This document shows, in pieces, positions 54,466-63,545 of a DNA stretch of 64,000 nucleotides. The notes beneath the pieces are model-generated. The model worked only from the letters and a program-made list of their open reading frames with translations, did no database searches and was not told the origin of the DNA. Source of the stretch: Alphaproteobacteria bacterium. GTDB taxonomy: Bacteria > Pseudomonadota > Alphaproteobacteria > Rickettsiales > SXRF01. The stretch covers positions 8,755 through 72,754 of the forward strand of contig JANRJW010000004.1 in NCBI GenBank assembly GCA_033763775.1, written 5' to 3'. The translations under genes and the position numbers were made by a program. Every line of letters starts with the position of its first letter. The stretch's first letter is position 1.

Positions 54466-56526
54466 TCAGTGCGAATTAAGCGGACTGATTGCTGAGAGTT
54501 CAGCCGGGTTCACGGGATAGACGCGCTCAACGTGCTGCCTAGCCGCCTCTTTCTTAAGCTGGATGCCTGCTGCCTTAGATTCCGGCGATTGCATCAGCAA
54601 CCCCCCCATCAGCCACATAGCTGGCCGATGATTGGGCGTCTCGCGTAGAATACGGTCGAGAAACTGAAATTTTCTAGCGTCAGATTGTTGTGTTAATCCA
54701 TCGAGGTTCATTAGAAAGATTGTCAACTGATCGTCGCGCAGCGGCGCGTAGCTGGTCATTCGTATCGCAACTGTTTCAAAAGATTGAATGGCTTGTCTGT
54801 TTAAGCGCTCAAATAGCGGCAACGGCAAGTCGGAAAAAAGTGCCAGATGCAGCCTTAATGAAAATTGCCGAATCAAGCCGCCGGCCTGTGGCACGTCCCA
54901 TGATTGCATTGCCGAATTCTTTAATCGCTCAACACACAAAACATGGCGATCGTCGAGTTTTGTCGAGAATTTGATTAAAGTTGAGATATAGGCAGAGCCG
55001 ATTTCGTTGAGCCGTTCACCGCCTCTGGCAAGATCCTGATTGACGAATTCCTGCGGTAGTGAATCGCAGCTGGCATTAAAGACGTGCTTGGTCATGATCT
55101 GGCTGTAGTGAATCATGCGCCATTGCCCGTAGGCGCTGGCAAGCAAAACCAGCGTGCCGATGGAGCAGAGCAGATAATGCGCCACGGGAGATGCCCTGCT
55201 AGTGGTTTCCACGGCGCGGTGGGTGCTGATAATAGCAGCCAGCATCATGGCATGAAAACCCAAGACGTGAGGGATTTCAAACCAGACATACGCAAGAACG
55301 GTAACGCCCACAAACAAGGGCATGGATTGCCAGAAGGTGCGTCTCGGCAATGTTTTAATGATCACAAAACACAGCCACAACCACAGCGCAAAGCCGATAA
55401 TGCCAAAAGAAAGCCATGCCTCGAGCGGTTGGCTATGGCTATGATAGGACGTGCCATCCAGTAAAAACCAGTTGGGTTCATAACGGGTGCCGCGAAATGT
55501 TGCTAGCCCATCCACCAGACCATATTTGAGCAGATCATCAGAAAACATCCCAAAGCCATGGCCGTACAATAATCGTTGCGGTTCATGCATGAACATGTTG
55601 ATCGCCACCTGATTCATCACCAACCGGCTACCCACGCCTTCATCTTTCGCCGCAAGAAATGATGTCTCCACCCCATGGGCAGACGGGTCATGATGAGTAA
55701 AATAAAAGCTGTAAAAAAACCAGCTTACGGGAATCACGCAGGCCAGACAGGCCGTGATGCGCCAGCTCGGGCTTGGACGCAGTAATTTTCGGCACCATGG
55801 TGCCGTGCGGTGAACCATGCTCATAGCAATCGCGCAAGTCAGCAGGGCGATGCCCGTGATGTTATCTGATTTCAGTAATGCCCACATGCCGATGGCAATC
55901 GAGATAAACAGCCACCGATCAGACTTGGCTTCATGACTAACCAGTAGAGCAATCCATAAAAATCCTACGGCAAACGCCATGTAATCTGGCCATGGGTTGG
56001 GCTGCCAAGCATTATCTTTGCGAACGGCAACATCAAGAAAGTCATAAAAATAAGCCAATAATCCTGCCTGAACAGTTAGCGAAACAAGGCCGCACATCAG
56101 CATTATTTTTCGGCAGAGATTCTGGCGCCACAGACTATTCATCAGAAGGGTTTGTGACGCAAGCGCGATCCACCAGCCAGTTCCTTCACCGGTATTAGGT
56201 GCGCCAAACCATGCGCGCCAGGGCGAGGGTGATGTGATAACGGTTAGCAGCTGCCACAGCAAGAATAACCCGATGACAAGCCAGAATGGATGAGAAAGTT
56301 GTAATGCCACGAGATTGCGATGCGTTGCAACCATCAACCACATTAATCCTGCCGCAGCCAGGAGAAAATGCGCCATTATCATCGGCTCAATCTGGAACCA
56401 GTAGCCGCTATGAAACGCAGGCATGCCAAATAAAAAAGCGGCAATCTGCAGGCAGGCAATGACGGTGCCGCAGGCAAGCAGCCATTGATTCGTTTTGTTT
56501 TGCAGTTGAGTTTGCATGCGTCGCAC
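54466..56526 (-). CDS. O-antigen ligase-like (Wzy_C) polytopic membrane protein with soluble helical C-terminal domain
   Basis: 686 aa. About 10-12 TM segments and a SYHSHSQPLEAWLSFGIIGF loop motif typical of the Wzy_C/O-antigen ligase family. The C-terminal ~230 aa are non-membrane. Confidence 0.6.
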   Translation of the reverse strand: MRRMQTQLQNKTNQWLLACGTVIACLQIAAFLFGMPAFHSGYWFQIEPMIMAHFLLAAAGLMWLMVATHRNLVALQLSHPFWLVIGLFLLWQLLTVITSPSPWRAWFGAPNTGEGTGWWIALASQTLLMNSLWRQNLCRKIMLMCGLVSLTVQAGLLAYFYDFLDVAVRKDNAWQPNPWPDYMAFAVGFLWIALLVSHEAKSDRWLFISIAIGMWALLKSDNITGIALLTCAIAMSMVHRTAPWCRKLLRPSPSWRITACLACVIPVSWFFYSFYFTHHDPSAHGVETSFLAAKDEGVGSRLVMNQVAINMFMHEPQRLLYGHGFGMFSDDLLKYGLVDGLATFRGTRYEPNWFLLDGTSYHSHSQPLEAWLSFGIIGFALWLWLCFVIIKTLPRRTFWQSMPLFVGVTVLAYVWFEIPHVLGFHAMMLAAIISTHRAVETTSRASPVAHYLLCSIGTLVLLASAYGQWRMIHYSQIMTKHVFNASCDSLPQEFVNQDLARGGERLNEIGSAYISTLIKFSTKLDDRHVLCVERLKNSAMQSWDVPQAGGLIRQFSLRLHLALFSDLPLPLFERLNRQAIQSFETVAIRMTSYAPLRDDQLTIFLMNLDGLTQQSDARKFQFLDRILRETPNHRPAMWLMGGLLMQSPESKAAGIQLKKEAARQHVERVYPVNPAELSAISPLNSH

Positions 56527-56576
56527 TATACGGTTTTATCATTGCGGTTTCATTAAAAAACTCTCAGGCGGTGCCT

Positions 56577-58046
56577 ATGCCACATTCGTTTGCCGATGCC
56601 ATGCATCAACTCGCGATCAAGACAGCGCCTTCCGGCCTTGCGGTGCGCAGCCCGCACCGCGGCGCGCTGATGGCGACAATCGCTCTGGATTCACCTGCCA
56701 CCATTTCCGACAAGCTCAGCAATCTGACTCGCGCGCAGGGCGCATGGGCGGCGCTTGCGGCCAGCGAGCGTGAGAAAAAACTTGTGGAGTATGCTGGCGC
56801 ACTCAAAGAGCAGCGTGAGCTGATGGCAGCGATTCTCTCGGAGGAAGCTGGCAAAACCATGAAAGAGGCGCTCGCTGAAACCGACAGCGCGGAGGCTACC
56901 ATCACAAACACCATCAAGCAGGCGACGCTGCCCGAGCAGGGCGGCATGAACCGCCGCAAGGAGCGGCCGCCGGTAGGTGTCGTAGGGCTGATTACCTCGT
57001 TTAATTTTCCGATTGCTGTGGCGCATTGGAGCCTCGCGCCGGCGCTGCTTTCGGGCAATGGCGTGCTATGGAAGCCATCGGAAAAAACACCGCTCACGGC
57101 GCTGGCGGTTAAAGCCGTGTTTGACCGTGTGATGGGCGCACATGCCGGCCTGCTCGAGGTGGCGATTGGCGGGCGCGAGGTGGGCGAGGCGCTGGTGGCG
57201 CATGAATCGGTGGATATGGTGTCGGCCACTGGCAGTGTTGGGATGGGCATGGGCATTAAAAAACTGCTGGCCGCTAAGAAGAACAACAGCATACCTCCGA
57301 TTCTGGAGCTGGGCGGCAATAACGGCGTTGTTATTTCAAACCATGTCAGCAAAGAGCATTTAAACTGGTCGCTTGCCGCCATTCTAACCTCGTTTCTCGG
57401 CACCACCGGCCAGCGCTGCACTAACACGCGTCGTCTGTTTATCCAGCGCAGCCTCTACGATGAATCCGTTTCGATTCTGGAACAATTGCTCAGGGAATTT
57501 ATGGCTGCGCAGGCCAGCGACCCGGAGAATGCTTATGGCTATGCGGTATTGATTGATGAAGATGGCTACAGGCGCTTTGAGGCGGCGAAGGCTAAGGCAC
57601 AGAAGGAAGGCGGGCGGATTGTGATGGGCGCGAAACTAGATAGCCCCGCTGGCGTGTATCGCACTGAGCCGGCGCTAGTGCTGCTTTCTACCCAGACGGC
57701 CACAATGCATGAAGAAACGTTTGCACCGCTGCTTTATGTGGTGCCGTATGAGACGCTGAATGATGCCATCAGCATGGTGAATGCGCCAGACAATAGCGGG
57801 CTGGTCGCGGCGATTTACACCCAGAGCCAAAGCGAAGCAGACTTGTTTGCGGCGCGCGCGGAGGCAGGCCACATCCTTATTAATTCGCCGAAGGGCACCG
57901 GCACCCCGGCTTATGGCATGGGCTTTGGCGGCAATAAACATTCCGGCTGCGGCGAGATTTTAAACAGTGCTGATCCACTGGCGGCGTTTACGCGCCAGAC
58001 CCATTTCCGCCGTATTGCGCAGAACAAAGATGTGGTGATGAATTAG
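56577..58046 (+). CDS. NAD(P)-dependent aldehyde dehydrogenase family protein (ALDH7-like by motif)
   Basis: FNFPIAVAHWSLAPALLSGNGVLWKPSEKTP, ELGGNN and catalytic TGQRCTNTRRLFI. GTG at 56571 is an alternative start. Confidence 0.85.
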   Translation: MPHSFADAMHQLAIKTAPSGLAVRSPHRGALMATIALDSPATISDKLSNLTRAQGAWAALAASEREKKLVEYAGALKEQRELMAAILSEEAGKTMKEALAETDSAEATITNTIKQATLPEQGGMNRRKERPPVGVVGLITSFNFPIAVAHWSLAPALLSGNGVLWKPSEKTPLTALAVKAVFDRVMGAHAGLLEVAIGGREVGEALVAHESVDMVSATGSVGMGMGIKKLLAAKKNNSIPPILELGGNNGVVISNHVSKEHLNWSLAAILTSFLGTTGQRCTNTRRLFIQRSLYDESVSILEQLLREFMAAQASDPENAYGYAVLIDEDGYRRFEAAKAKAQKEGGRIVMGAKLDSPAGVYRTEPALVLLSTQTATMHEETFAPLLYVVPYETLNDAISMVNAPDNSGLVAAIYTQSQSEADLFAARAEAGHILINSPKGTGTPAYGMGFGGNKHSGCGEILNSADPLAAFTRQTHFRRIAQNKDVVMN

Positions 58047-59377
58047 AATGCAATCTTCAGTTTTTCCAGCTGGCACGGATAGCAAAATTTGGTGCTGGCG
58101 AGTTTATCCGGCGTAAGCGGCCAGGGGCCCACGGCGGGGTCTTTATCATAGAGCGAGCTGGATTTGGAAAAGAAAATGCCCCACAGGTCAAATGGCGTGC
58201 GGTAGGTCACGCCCGAAGGAACGGCCAGTGCCACCACATGGCCTTTCTTGATATGCACCATCTCATCATACTGATAGATGGCATAGGCCAGCTCACCCCT
58301 GGGGTTGATGATGTTTTCTAAAATGGTCTGAATGGCGTAGCTACCATCTTTCAGCTTCACTAACACACGGTCGCTTTGTTTAGGAATGGCATCCGCCGAG
58401 TGGCATTCGGTGACCATGTAAATCTCATCATCTGGCCGGGCGTTGCCGCTTGCCGTCAAGTCGGCGTAGGTGATGCGTGGTTTGACATGATAACCCGTGA
58501 AGGCGCCGTTTTCTTTTTCGTGCAGCGGTTTGACCGCGGTCAGCCCCAGCGTGTGAAGCGCCGAAAGAATGAACGAGGCGGCCACGTGCGGCGCATAGGG
58601 CTCTTCGTGGCGACCGGCTTCGATGCCAACCTGATAGCCAATATTTGGCAGTGGCGCGAGGATGGTTTTGAGCGTTTGCAGCGTCACAGCGCCGGACGCA
58701 TTGGCCGAGATTGCATCCGCAAGATCCAGCAGCAAGCTACGAATCGGCGAAAATTTCAAATCCTGATCGCGCTTATGATCCGTGATGCAGATCATATTGC
58801 CGCGCGCGGTGTGGATATCGGCAATACCGGAAATATGCTGGCCGATATGATAAAGCTCCTGCGCGCGTTTGATGTGATGCGAATCCGCGGGGCGCGACTG
58901 AAAATCGGTCGGAATACGGTTCATGTCCGGCAGCAGCGAGCCGTCATCCGCCACGCCGCAGCGAAACGCATCTCGCGTTTCCTGACGTGCCTCGGGCGCA
59001 TCTTTGCGTGCTTTGAAATATTGCGCGGCTGCCAGCGGGTTGCCAATCACCGCCACCACATCTTCTTCCAGAAGCCCTGCTTCAGACAGCGCCATAGCTA
59101 TAAGGATGCCAGCAAGGCCGGCTGGCTCGTTTCCGTGCAGCTGCGCGAGGATGCAAAAGGGCGCAGTGGGTGATTTCTTGCCCTTGATGGTCATCGCTGA
59201 GGTGATATCGCGGCCGCCGATCGTCAGGGTTTGCGGCTGTATATGAGCAAATACCTGTTCCAGCTCTTCCAGATCCAGCGCCGTATCAAAGAAAATATGC
59301 TGAAAATCCTGAGGTTTCTCAAGGCGTGCAAAATCGTGGTTGAAAATTGTTTGTAACAGGTGTGTGGTAGGGCTCAT
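58043..59377 (-). CDS. succinylglutamate desuccinylase/aspartoacylase (M14-like) family protein
   Basis: LAQLHGNEPAGL zinc-binding motif. About 444 aa from the ATG at 59377, longer than a typical AstE. Confidence 0.6.
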   Translation of the reverse strand: MSPTTHLLQTIFNHDFARLEKPQDFQHIFFDTALDLEELEQVFAHIQPQTLTIGGRDITSAMTIKGKKSPTAPFCILAQLHGNEPAGLAGILIAMALSEAGLLEEDVVAVIGNPLAAAQYFKARKDAPEARQETRDAFRCGVADDGSLLPDMNRIPTDFQSRPADSHHIKRAQELYHIGQHISGIADIHTARGNMICITDHKRDQDLKFSPIRSLLLDLADAISANASGAVTLQTLKTILAPLPNIGYQVGIEAGRHEEPYAPHVAASFILSALHTLGLTAVKPLHEKENGAFTGYHVKPRITYADLTASGNARPDDEIYMVTECHSADAIPKQSDRVLVKLKDGSYAIQTILENIINPRGELAYAIYQYDEMVHIKKGHVVALAVPSGVTYRTPFDLWGIFFSKSSSLYDKDPAVGPWPLTPDKLASTKFCYPCQLEKLKIAF

Positions 59378-60710
59378 GAGTACGCGCGCAGAAGAAGTGA
59401 TCTTTGTAGGGCTGCCTGGCCCCACCCATAATTACGGTGGGCTTTCCGGCGACAATGTCGCTTCAAACCTTAACCGCGGACTAAGCTCTAGCCCAAAACA
59501 GGCAGCGTTTCAAGCCTTGGCTCTGGTTTCTCTTCTTCGCTCGCTGGGCATCACGGCGGGCATCATGCCGCCGCAGCTTCGCCCGCATCTGCCGGTGCTG
59601 CGCGAGTCTTTTTCCGGCAGCGATGATGAGGTGATTCGCATCGCTGCGCGTGAAAAACCAGAACTGCTGGAAAAAATGACCTCCAGCTCCGCGATGTGGA
59701 CGGCCAACGCCGCCACCGTGACCACCGCCAGCGATAGCGGGGACGGCCAGCTGCACCTGACAGTTGCTAATCTTCACACCAACCTGCACCGGCGTATTGA
59801 GGCGGCGGATACTTACCGCGTGCTTGCCGCCATCTTCAAGGATGTGCCGCGCACGCACGTGCACGCGCCGCTGGATGCAAGCAAAGGTTTTCGCGATGAG
59901 GGTGCGGCGAACCACATGCGCCTTAGCCCGCACCATGATTCACCCGGCCTGAATGTCTATGTTTACGGCACGGATGGTCGTGCGGATGACCCGCCAAGCG
60001 CGCGCCAGACCTTATCCGCTTTTGATGAGATTCGCAGGCAGCATCATGTCGCAAACGAGCGCGCATTGTATGTGAAGCAACATCCGGAGGTGATTAGGCA
60101 GGGGGTGTTTCACAATGATGTGATTGCGGTTTCTAACCAGCATGTGCTGCTCACGCATGAGTCGGCCTATGTGAGCGGCGCTGATGATATCGAGCGCATT
60201 CGCGCCGCCTACCACCGAGCGACCAACCAACGCTTGACGACGCTCATGATTCCGCGCGGCGAACTTGAGGTTGAAGAGGCGGTGCATACGTATTTTTTCA
60301 ACAGCCAGATGATCACGCGGCCGGACGGCGGTATGACGGTGATTGCCCCCACCGAAACACGCGATTTATACGCCGGCAAGGCGGCGCGTGTGATGGATCG
60401 GCTGCGTCAGGATTCAGCCAATCCCATCGACGATATTCGCTTTGCCGACCTGCGCCAGAGCATGAATAATGGCGGCGGGCCTGCGTGTCTGCGCCTGCGC
60501 GTGGTGATGGATGAAGCGCAAATCGCCGCAATGAAAGCCCGTGTGAATGTGCTGGCGGACGATGCACTGCTTTCCGGCCTTGAGGAGATTATCGCCAGCG
60601 ATTACCCCGGCGAACTTACCCCGGCCATGATCGGCAATCCTGAGCTTTATCACCGCTGCCGCGCCATTCTCGCCCGCATCAGTGCGCTGATGAAGCTGCC
60701 GCTGCTATGA
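59376..60710 (+). CDS. astB: N-succinylarginine dihydrolase
   Basis: EVIFVGLPGPTHNYGGLSGDNVAS...SSPKQAAFQAL and C-terminal NGGGPACLRLRVV are AstB signatures. ATG at 59376. Confidence 0.88.
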   Translation: MSTRAEEVIFVGLPGPTHNYGGLSGDNVASNLNRGLSSSPKQAAFQALALVSLLRSLGITAGIMPPQLRPHLPVLRESFSGSDDEVIRIAAREKPELLEKMTSSSAMWTANAATVTTASDSGDGQLHLTVANLHTNLHRRIEAADTYRVLAAIFKDVPRTHVHAPLDASKGFRDEGAANHMRLSPHHDSPGLNVYVYGTDGRADDPPSARQTLSAFDEIRRQHHVANERALYVKQHPEVIRQGVFHNDVIAVSNQHVLLTHESAYVSGADDIERIRAAYHRATNQRLTTLMIPRGELEVEEAVHTYFFNSQMITRPDGGMTVIAPTETRDLYAGKAARVMDRLRQDSANPIDDIRFADLRQSMNNGGGPACLRLRVVMDEAQIAAMKARVNVLADDALLSGLEEIIASDYPGELTPAMIGNPELYHRCRAILARISALMKLPLL

Positions 60711-60874
60711 CGCCTGATCATCAATCAGAGCCTCAGCTCTTGTTGTCACAAAAGCTTCATAAACCAGTCATCAAATTGTCACAATAAGTGAATAAAATTT
60801 CAGAACTGGGGTATCTAAAACACAGCCCGTGTTTTAGCGTAAAATTCAAACAGGTTAATAGAAAAGGGGTTGTT

Positions 60875-61321
60875 ATGACGAAGAAAAGATATTTTCTGGC
60901 GGGTGTCGCTGCGCTGGTTATGACCGCAAGTGCAGCCGCACATGCTGGCTGCATTGATGGCTGTGGTGATACAGGCGAAGCACGTGATCTCTCGATTGGT
61001 GCGACACTCGCACTGGACTCTTCTCGCTCAAACTACATTATAACATATTATCCAATAGCTTGGGTTGACACAGTAATCAGGCCTACAACCCCAAAAATAC
61101 GAGATTTCATTGAGGACTTAGACACAACATTTTATCCGCGACCCGATAATTATAACTTTGTTTGCGATACAGTGATCGGCAATGTTTCTCGGGCGTTTAG
61201 TGGAACTGAAATTGCTTCATCTCTAGAATGGGGTACAGTTGGTAATGTTACTGCCACTGTAAGGGTTGTAACGTTCGATCGAGGCCGCAGAGGCAGTTCC
61301 GAAACCGTTTATTGTGACTAA
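60875..61321 (+). CDS. secreted hypothetical protein
   Basis: Signal peptide MTKKRYFLAGVAALVMTASAAAHA. AT-rich, four Cys. No family recognised. Confidence 0.5.
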   Translation: MTKKRYFLAGVAALVMTASAAAHAGCIDGCGDTGEARDLSIGATLALDSSRSNYIITYYPIAWVDTVIRPTTPKIRDFIEDLDTTFYPRPDNYNFVCDTVIGNVSRAFSGTEIASSLEWGTVGNVTATVRVVTFDRGRRGSSETVYCD

Positions 61322-61334
61322 TCGCTGATAAATC

Positions 61335-62108
61335 TTATATTTTACCGACTGGTTTAGCCGGAAGTCTGGCGAAAAACCAGTCGGTAACTGTTGGCGATAA
61401 GCAGGAAAGCAGCCAGAGCGGCGCATGCAGCGCCAGCGGAAAAGCGATGCGCGAGCGGTTTTTTTTGAGGCCGCGCATGATGATGGAGGCCGCTTTATCC
61501 GCGCTCATCATCAGCGGCATCGGGAAGTCATTCACCTTGGTCATCGGCGTATCGATGTAGCCGGGGCAGACCACATTCACCCGCACGCCATGCTTGCCTA
61601 AAACACCGCGCAGTGCTTCGCCATAATAACGCACCGCGGCTTTTGAGGCGCTGTAGGCCGGGCAGCTGGGCAGGGCGCGAATACCTGCAAGTGAACTAAT
61701 GATAGCGATCTGCCCGCGCTTTCGTGCGACCATCGGTTCAATCAGCGGTTGTATGGTATTTAAAACACCATCCACATTGGTGGCAAAGATGCTGCGCACC
61801 TGATCGTCATCTTCGGTGCCGCCGCCAGTGCCAGCGGAGATGCCGGCATTGGCAATCACCAAATCAACCGGGCTTTCGCGGTCAATGGCATGCAGGCAGG
61901 CGGCCATCGCCTCGCATTGGGCGACATCTACTACATAAGTGCGAACGGTTGCCTCGTTTTCCATGCAAAGATTGGCGATTTCCCGCAGCCTTTCCTCATT
62001 TCGGCCAAGCAGGTGCAGCTGCGCCCCCGGGCGCGCGTATGCTCTGGCCAGCGCCGCGCCCAGGCCGCTGCTAGCCCCTGTAATCACAATAGTTTTGATG
62101 TTTTTCAC
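61335..62108 (-). CDS. short-chain dehydrogenase/reductase (SDR)
   Basis: TGASSGLG cofactor motif and YSASK catalytic motif. GTG at 62108 chosen, because the longer track ORF would overlap the LOG gene. Confidence 0.8.
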   Translation of the reverse strand: MKNIKTIVITGASSGLGAALARAYARPGAQLHLLGRNEERLREIANLCMENEATVRTYVVDVAQCEAMAACLHAIDRESPVDLVIANAGISAGTGGGTEDDDQVRSIFATNVDGVLNTIQPLIEPMVARKRGQIAIISSLAGIRALPSCPAYSASKAAVRYYGEALRGVLGKHGVRVNVVCPGYIDTPMTKVNDFPMPLMMSADKAASIIMRGLKKNRSRIAFPLALHAPLWLLSCLSPTVTDWFFARLPAKPVGKI

Positions 62109-62178
62109 GAAAAAGTAACCTTTGCGGACGTAGAATAATAGTGTACGAGAAGATGGAAAAATACTAGCAGGAAGCCTA

Positions 62179-62724
62179 ATGAAAAAAAATAAATCTGTGT
62201 GCGTCTTTTGCGGCGCATCGAATGCAGTCGATAAAAAATTCTTAGATGCCGGTGCTGAATTTGGAAAGCTGCTCGCCTCGCGCGGCATCACGCTGGTCTA
62301 TGGCGGCGGTGATTGCGGTGTGATGGGCGCGGTCGCGAATTCCACCATGAAAGCCGGCGGCCATGTGACCGGCGTATTTCCGGTCAGCCTTCGCAACATT
62401 GAAAACGAGCATCAGTCGCTCACTGAAATCATCATCGTGAACACCATGCACGAGCGCAAACAGAACATGTTTGACCGCTCGGATGCCTTTATTGTGTTCC
62501 CCGGCGGCTTTGGCACCATGGATGAAATGTTCGAGATTTTAACGTGGAAGCAGCTGCTACTGCACGATAAGCCGGTCATTATTTTTAACTATCAGGGCTA
62601 CTGGGATCCGCTGATTGCTCTGATGCACAACATCATTGAGCAGCGCTTTGCTAAGGCTGAGGTTGCGACCTATTTCCATGTGGTGACCGAGCTGGAACAG
62701 ATTCTTGACGTGCTTGGGTATTAA
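62179..62724 (+). CDS. LOG family protein (TIGR00730; cytokinin riboside 5'-monophosphate phosphoribohydrolase-like)
   Basis: 181 aa. VYGGGDCGVMGAV and FPGGFGTMDEMFE are the canonical GGGxxGxMG and PGGxGTxxE motifs. Confidence 0.88.
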   Translation: MKKNKSVCVFCGASNAVDKKFLDAGAEFGKLLASRGITLVYGGGDCGVMGAVANSTMKAGGHVTGVFPVSLRNIENEHQSLTEIIIVNTMHERKQNMFDRSDAFIVFPGGFGTMDEMFEILTWKQLLLHDKPVIIFNYQGYWDPLIALMHNIIEQRFAKAEVATYFHVVTELEQILDVLGY

Positions 62725-62726
62725 TT

Positions 62727-62846
62727 AAGCCCCGCACTTGTTGCGGGGTCTGGTTATGTTCTGGTTTTATTCGAAATTATGAATCATGAGATGTAAGCTT
62801 ATATTATCAAAGAATACCGGACCCCGCCATTCGGCGGGGCTTAAAG
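62727..62846. repeat. CCCCGC-hairpin inverted pair flanking an AT-rich core
   Basis: aagccccgcacttgttgcggggtctggttat ... accggaccccgccattcggcggggcttaaag. The right arm contains the O-methyltransferase stop codon. Confidence 0.8.
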
Positions 62847-63494
62847 CTTTATCGCCACGCTTATTCCTTCCGCGGTCGGAATCATCAGCCCGAAGAATTT
62901 GTTTTTATCGGCTAAGCGTTCGTTGAAGCGGCGCATGGCCTGCCATGTTTTCGGGGCGATACCCGGCGGCGGGGCATCCAGCGCTACGGCATCAAACAGC
63001 AGTGTGTTATCCGCCACAATCAGCCCGCCAGGGCGGATATTTTCCTCTGCCCAATCGAGATAGTCCGGATAGCTGATTTTATCAGCATCGATAAACACCA
63101 TATCGTAGGGCGCCTGCTTTGAAAGCACCGGCAGGATCAGGTGCGCGTCGCCCTCGAGCAGGGTGATGCGCTCCGCCACATCGGACTGGTCAAAAAAATG
63201 TTTCGCCATGGCATTGTGCTCAGGGTCTTTGCCGATGGTGAAAATCTGGCCGCCATCTGGCAGGGCGCGTGCCATCCAGATCGTGGAATAGCCAGCAAGC
63301 GTGCCGATTTCAACCACGCGCCGCGCACCGCTTAGGCGAATGAGAAGTTGTAAGAGCTTTCCTTCCTCAGGCCCCACCTGCCACGCGATATCCAGCTTTT
63401 TCAATGTGTCGGCAATGCTGGCCAGCAAGCTGTCTTGCGGCGCGTAGAGCCTCCGGATATAGTCGATGTTTGGGGTGATATGTTCGCGGGGCAT
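62841..63494 (-). CDS. class I SAM-dependent O-methyltransferase (caffeoyl-CoA OMT-like)
   Basis: 217 aa. VVEIGTLAGYSTIWMA, FIDADK, GGLIVADNTL. Confidence 0.85.
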   Translation of the reverse strand: MPREHITPNIDYIRRLYAPQDSLLASIADTLKKLDIAWQVGPEEGKLLQLLIRLSGARRVVEIGTLAGYSTIWMARALPDGGQIFTIGKDPEHNAMAKHFFDQSDVAERITLLEGDAHLILPVLSKQAPYDMVFIDADKISYPDYLDWAEENIRPGGLIVADNTLLFDAVALDAPPPGIAPKTWQAMRRFNERLADKNKFFGLMIPTAEGISVAIKL

Positions 63495-63545
63495 GGGTAG
63501 CGGGATGATTGGATATTTGGATGTTTAAAAGGTAATGATGTCTTT

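Noticed and set aside
54466-56526. The O-antigen-ligase-like membrane protein next to the flagellar cluster as a flagellin or hook O-glycosyltransferase.
   Set aside because: Wzy_C/PglL-type enzymes act on the periplasmic face, whereas flagellar axial proteins are exported through the type III channel without periplasmic exposure. The gene is also separated from the cluster by a strong terminator and two unrelated genes. The link is therefore not supported.
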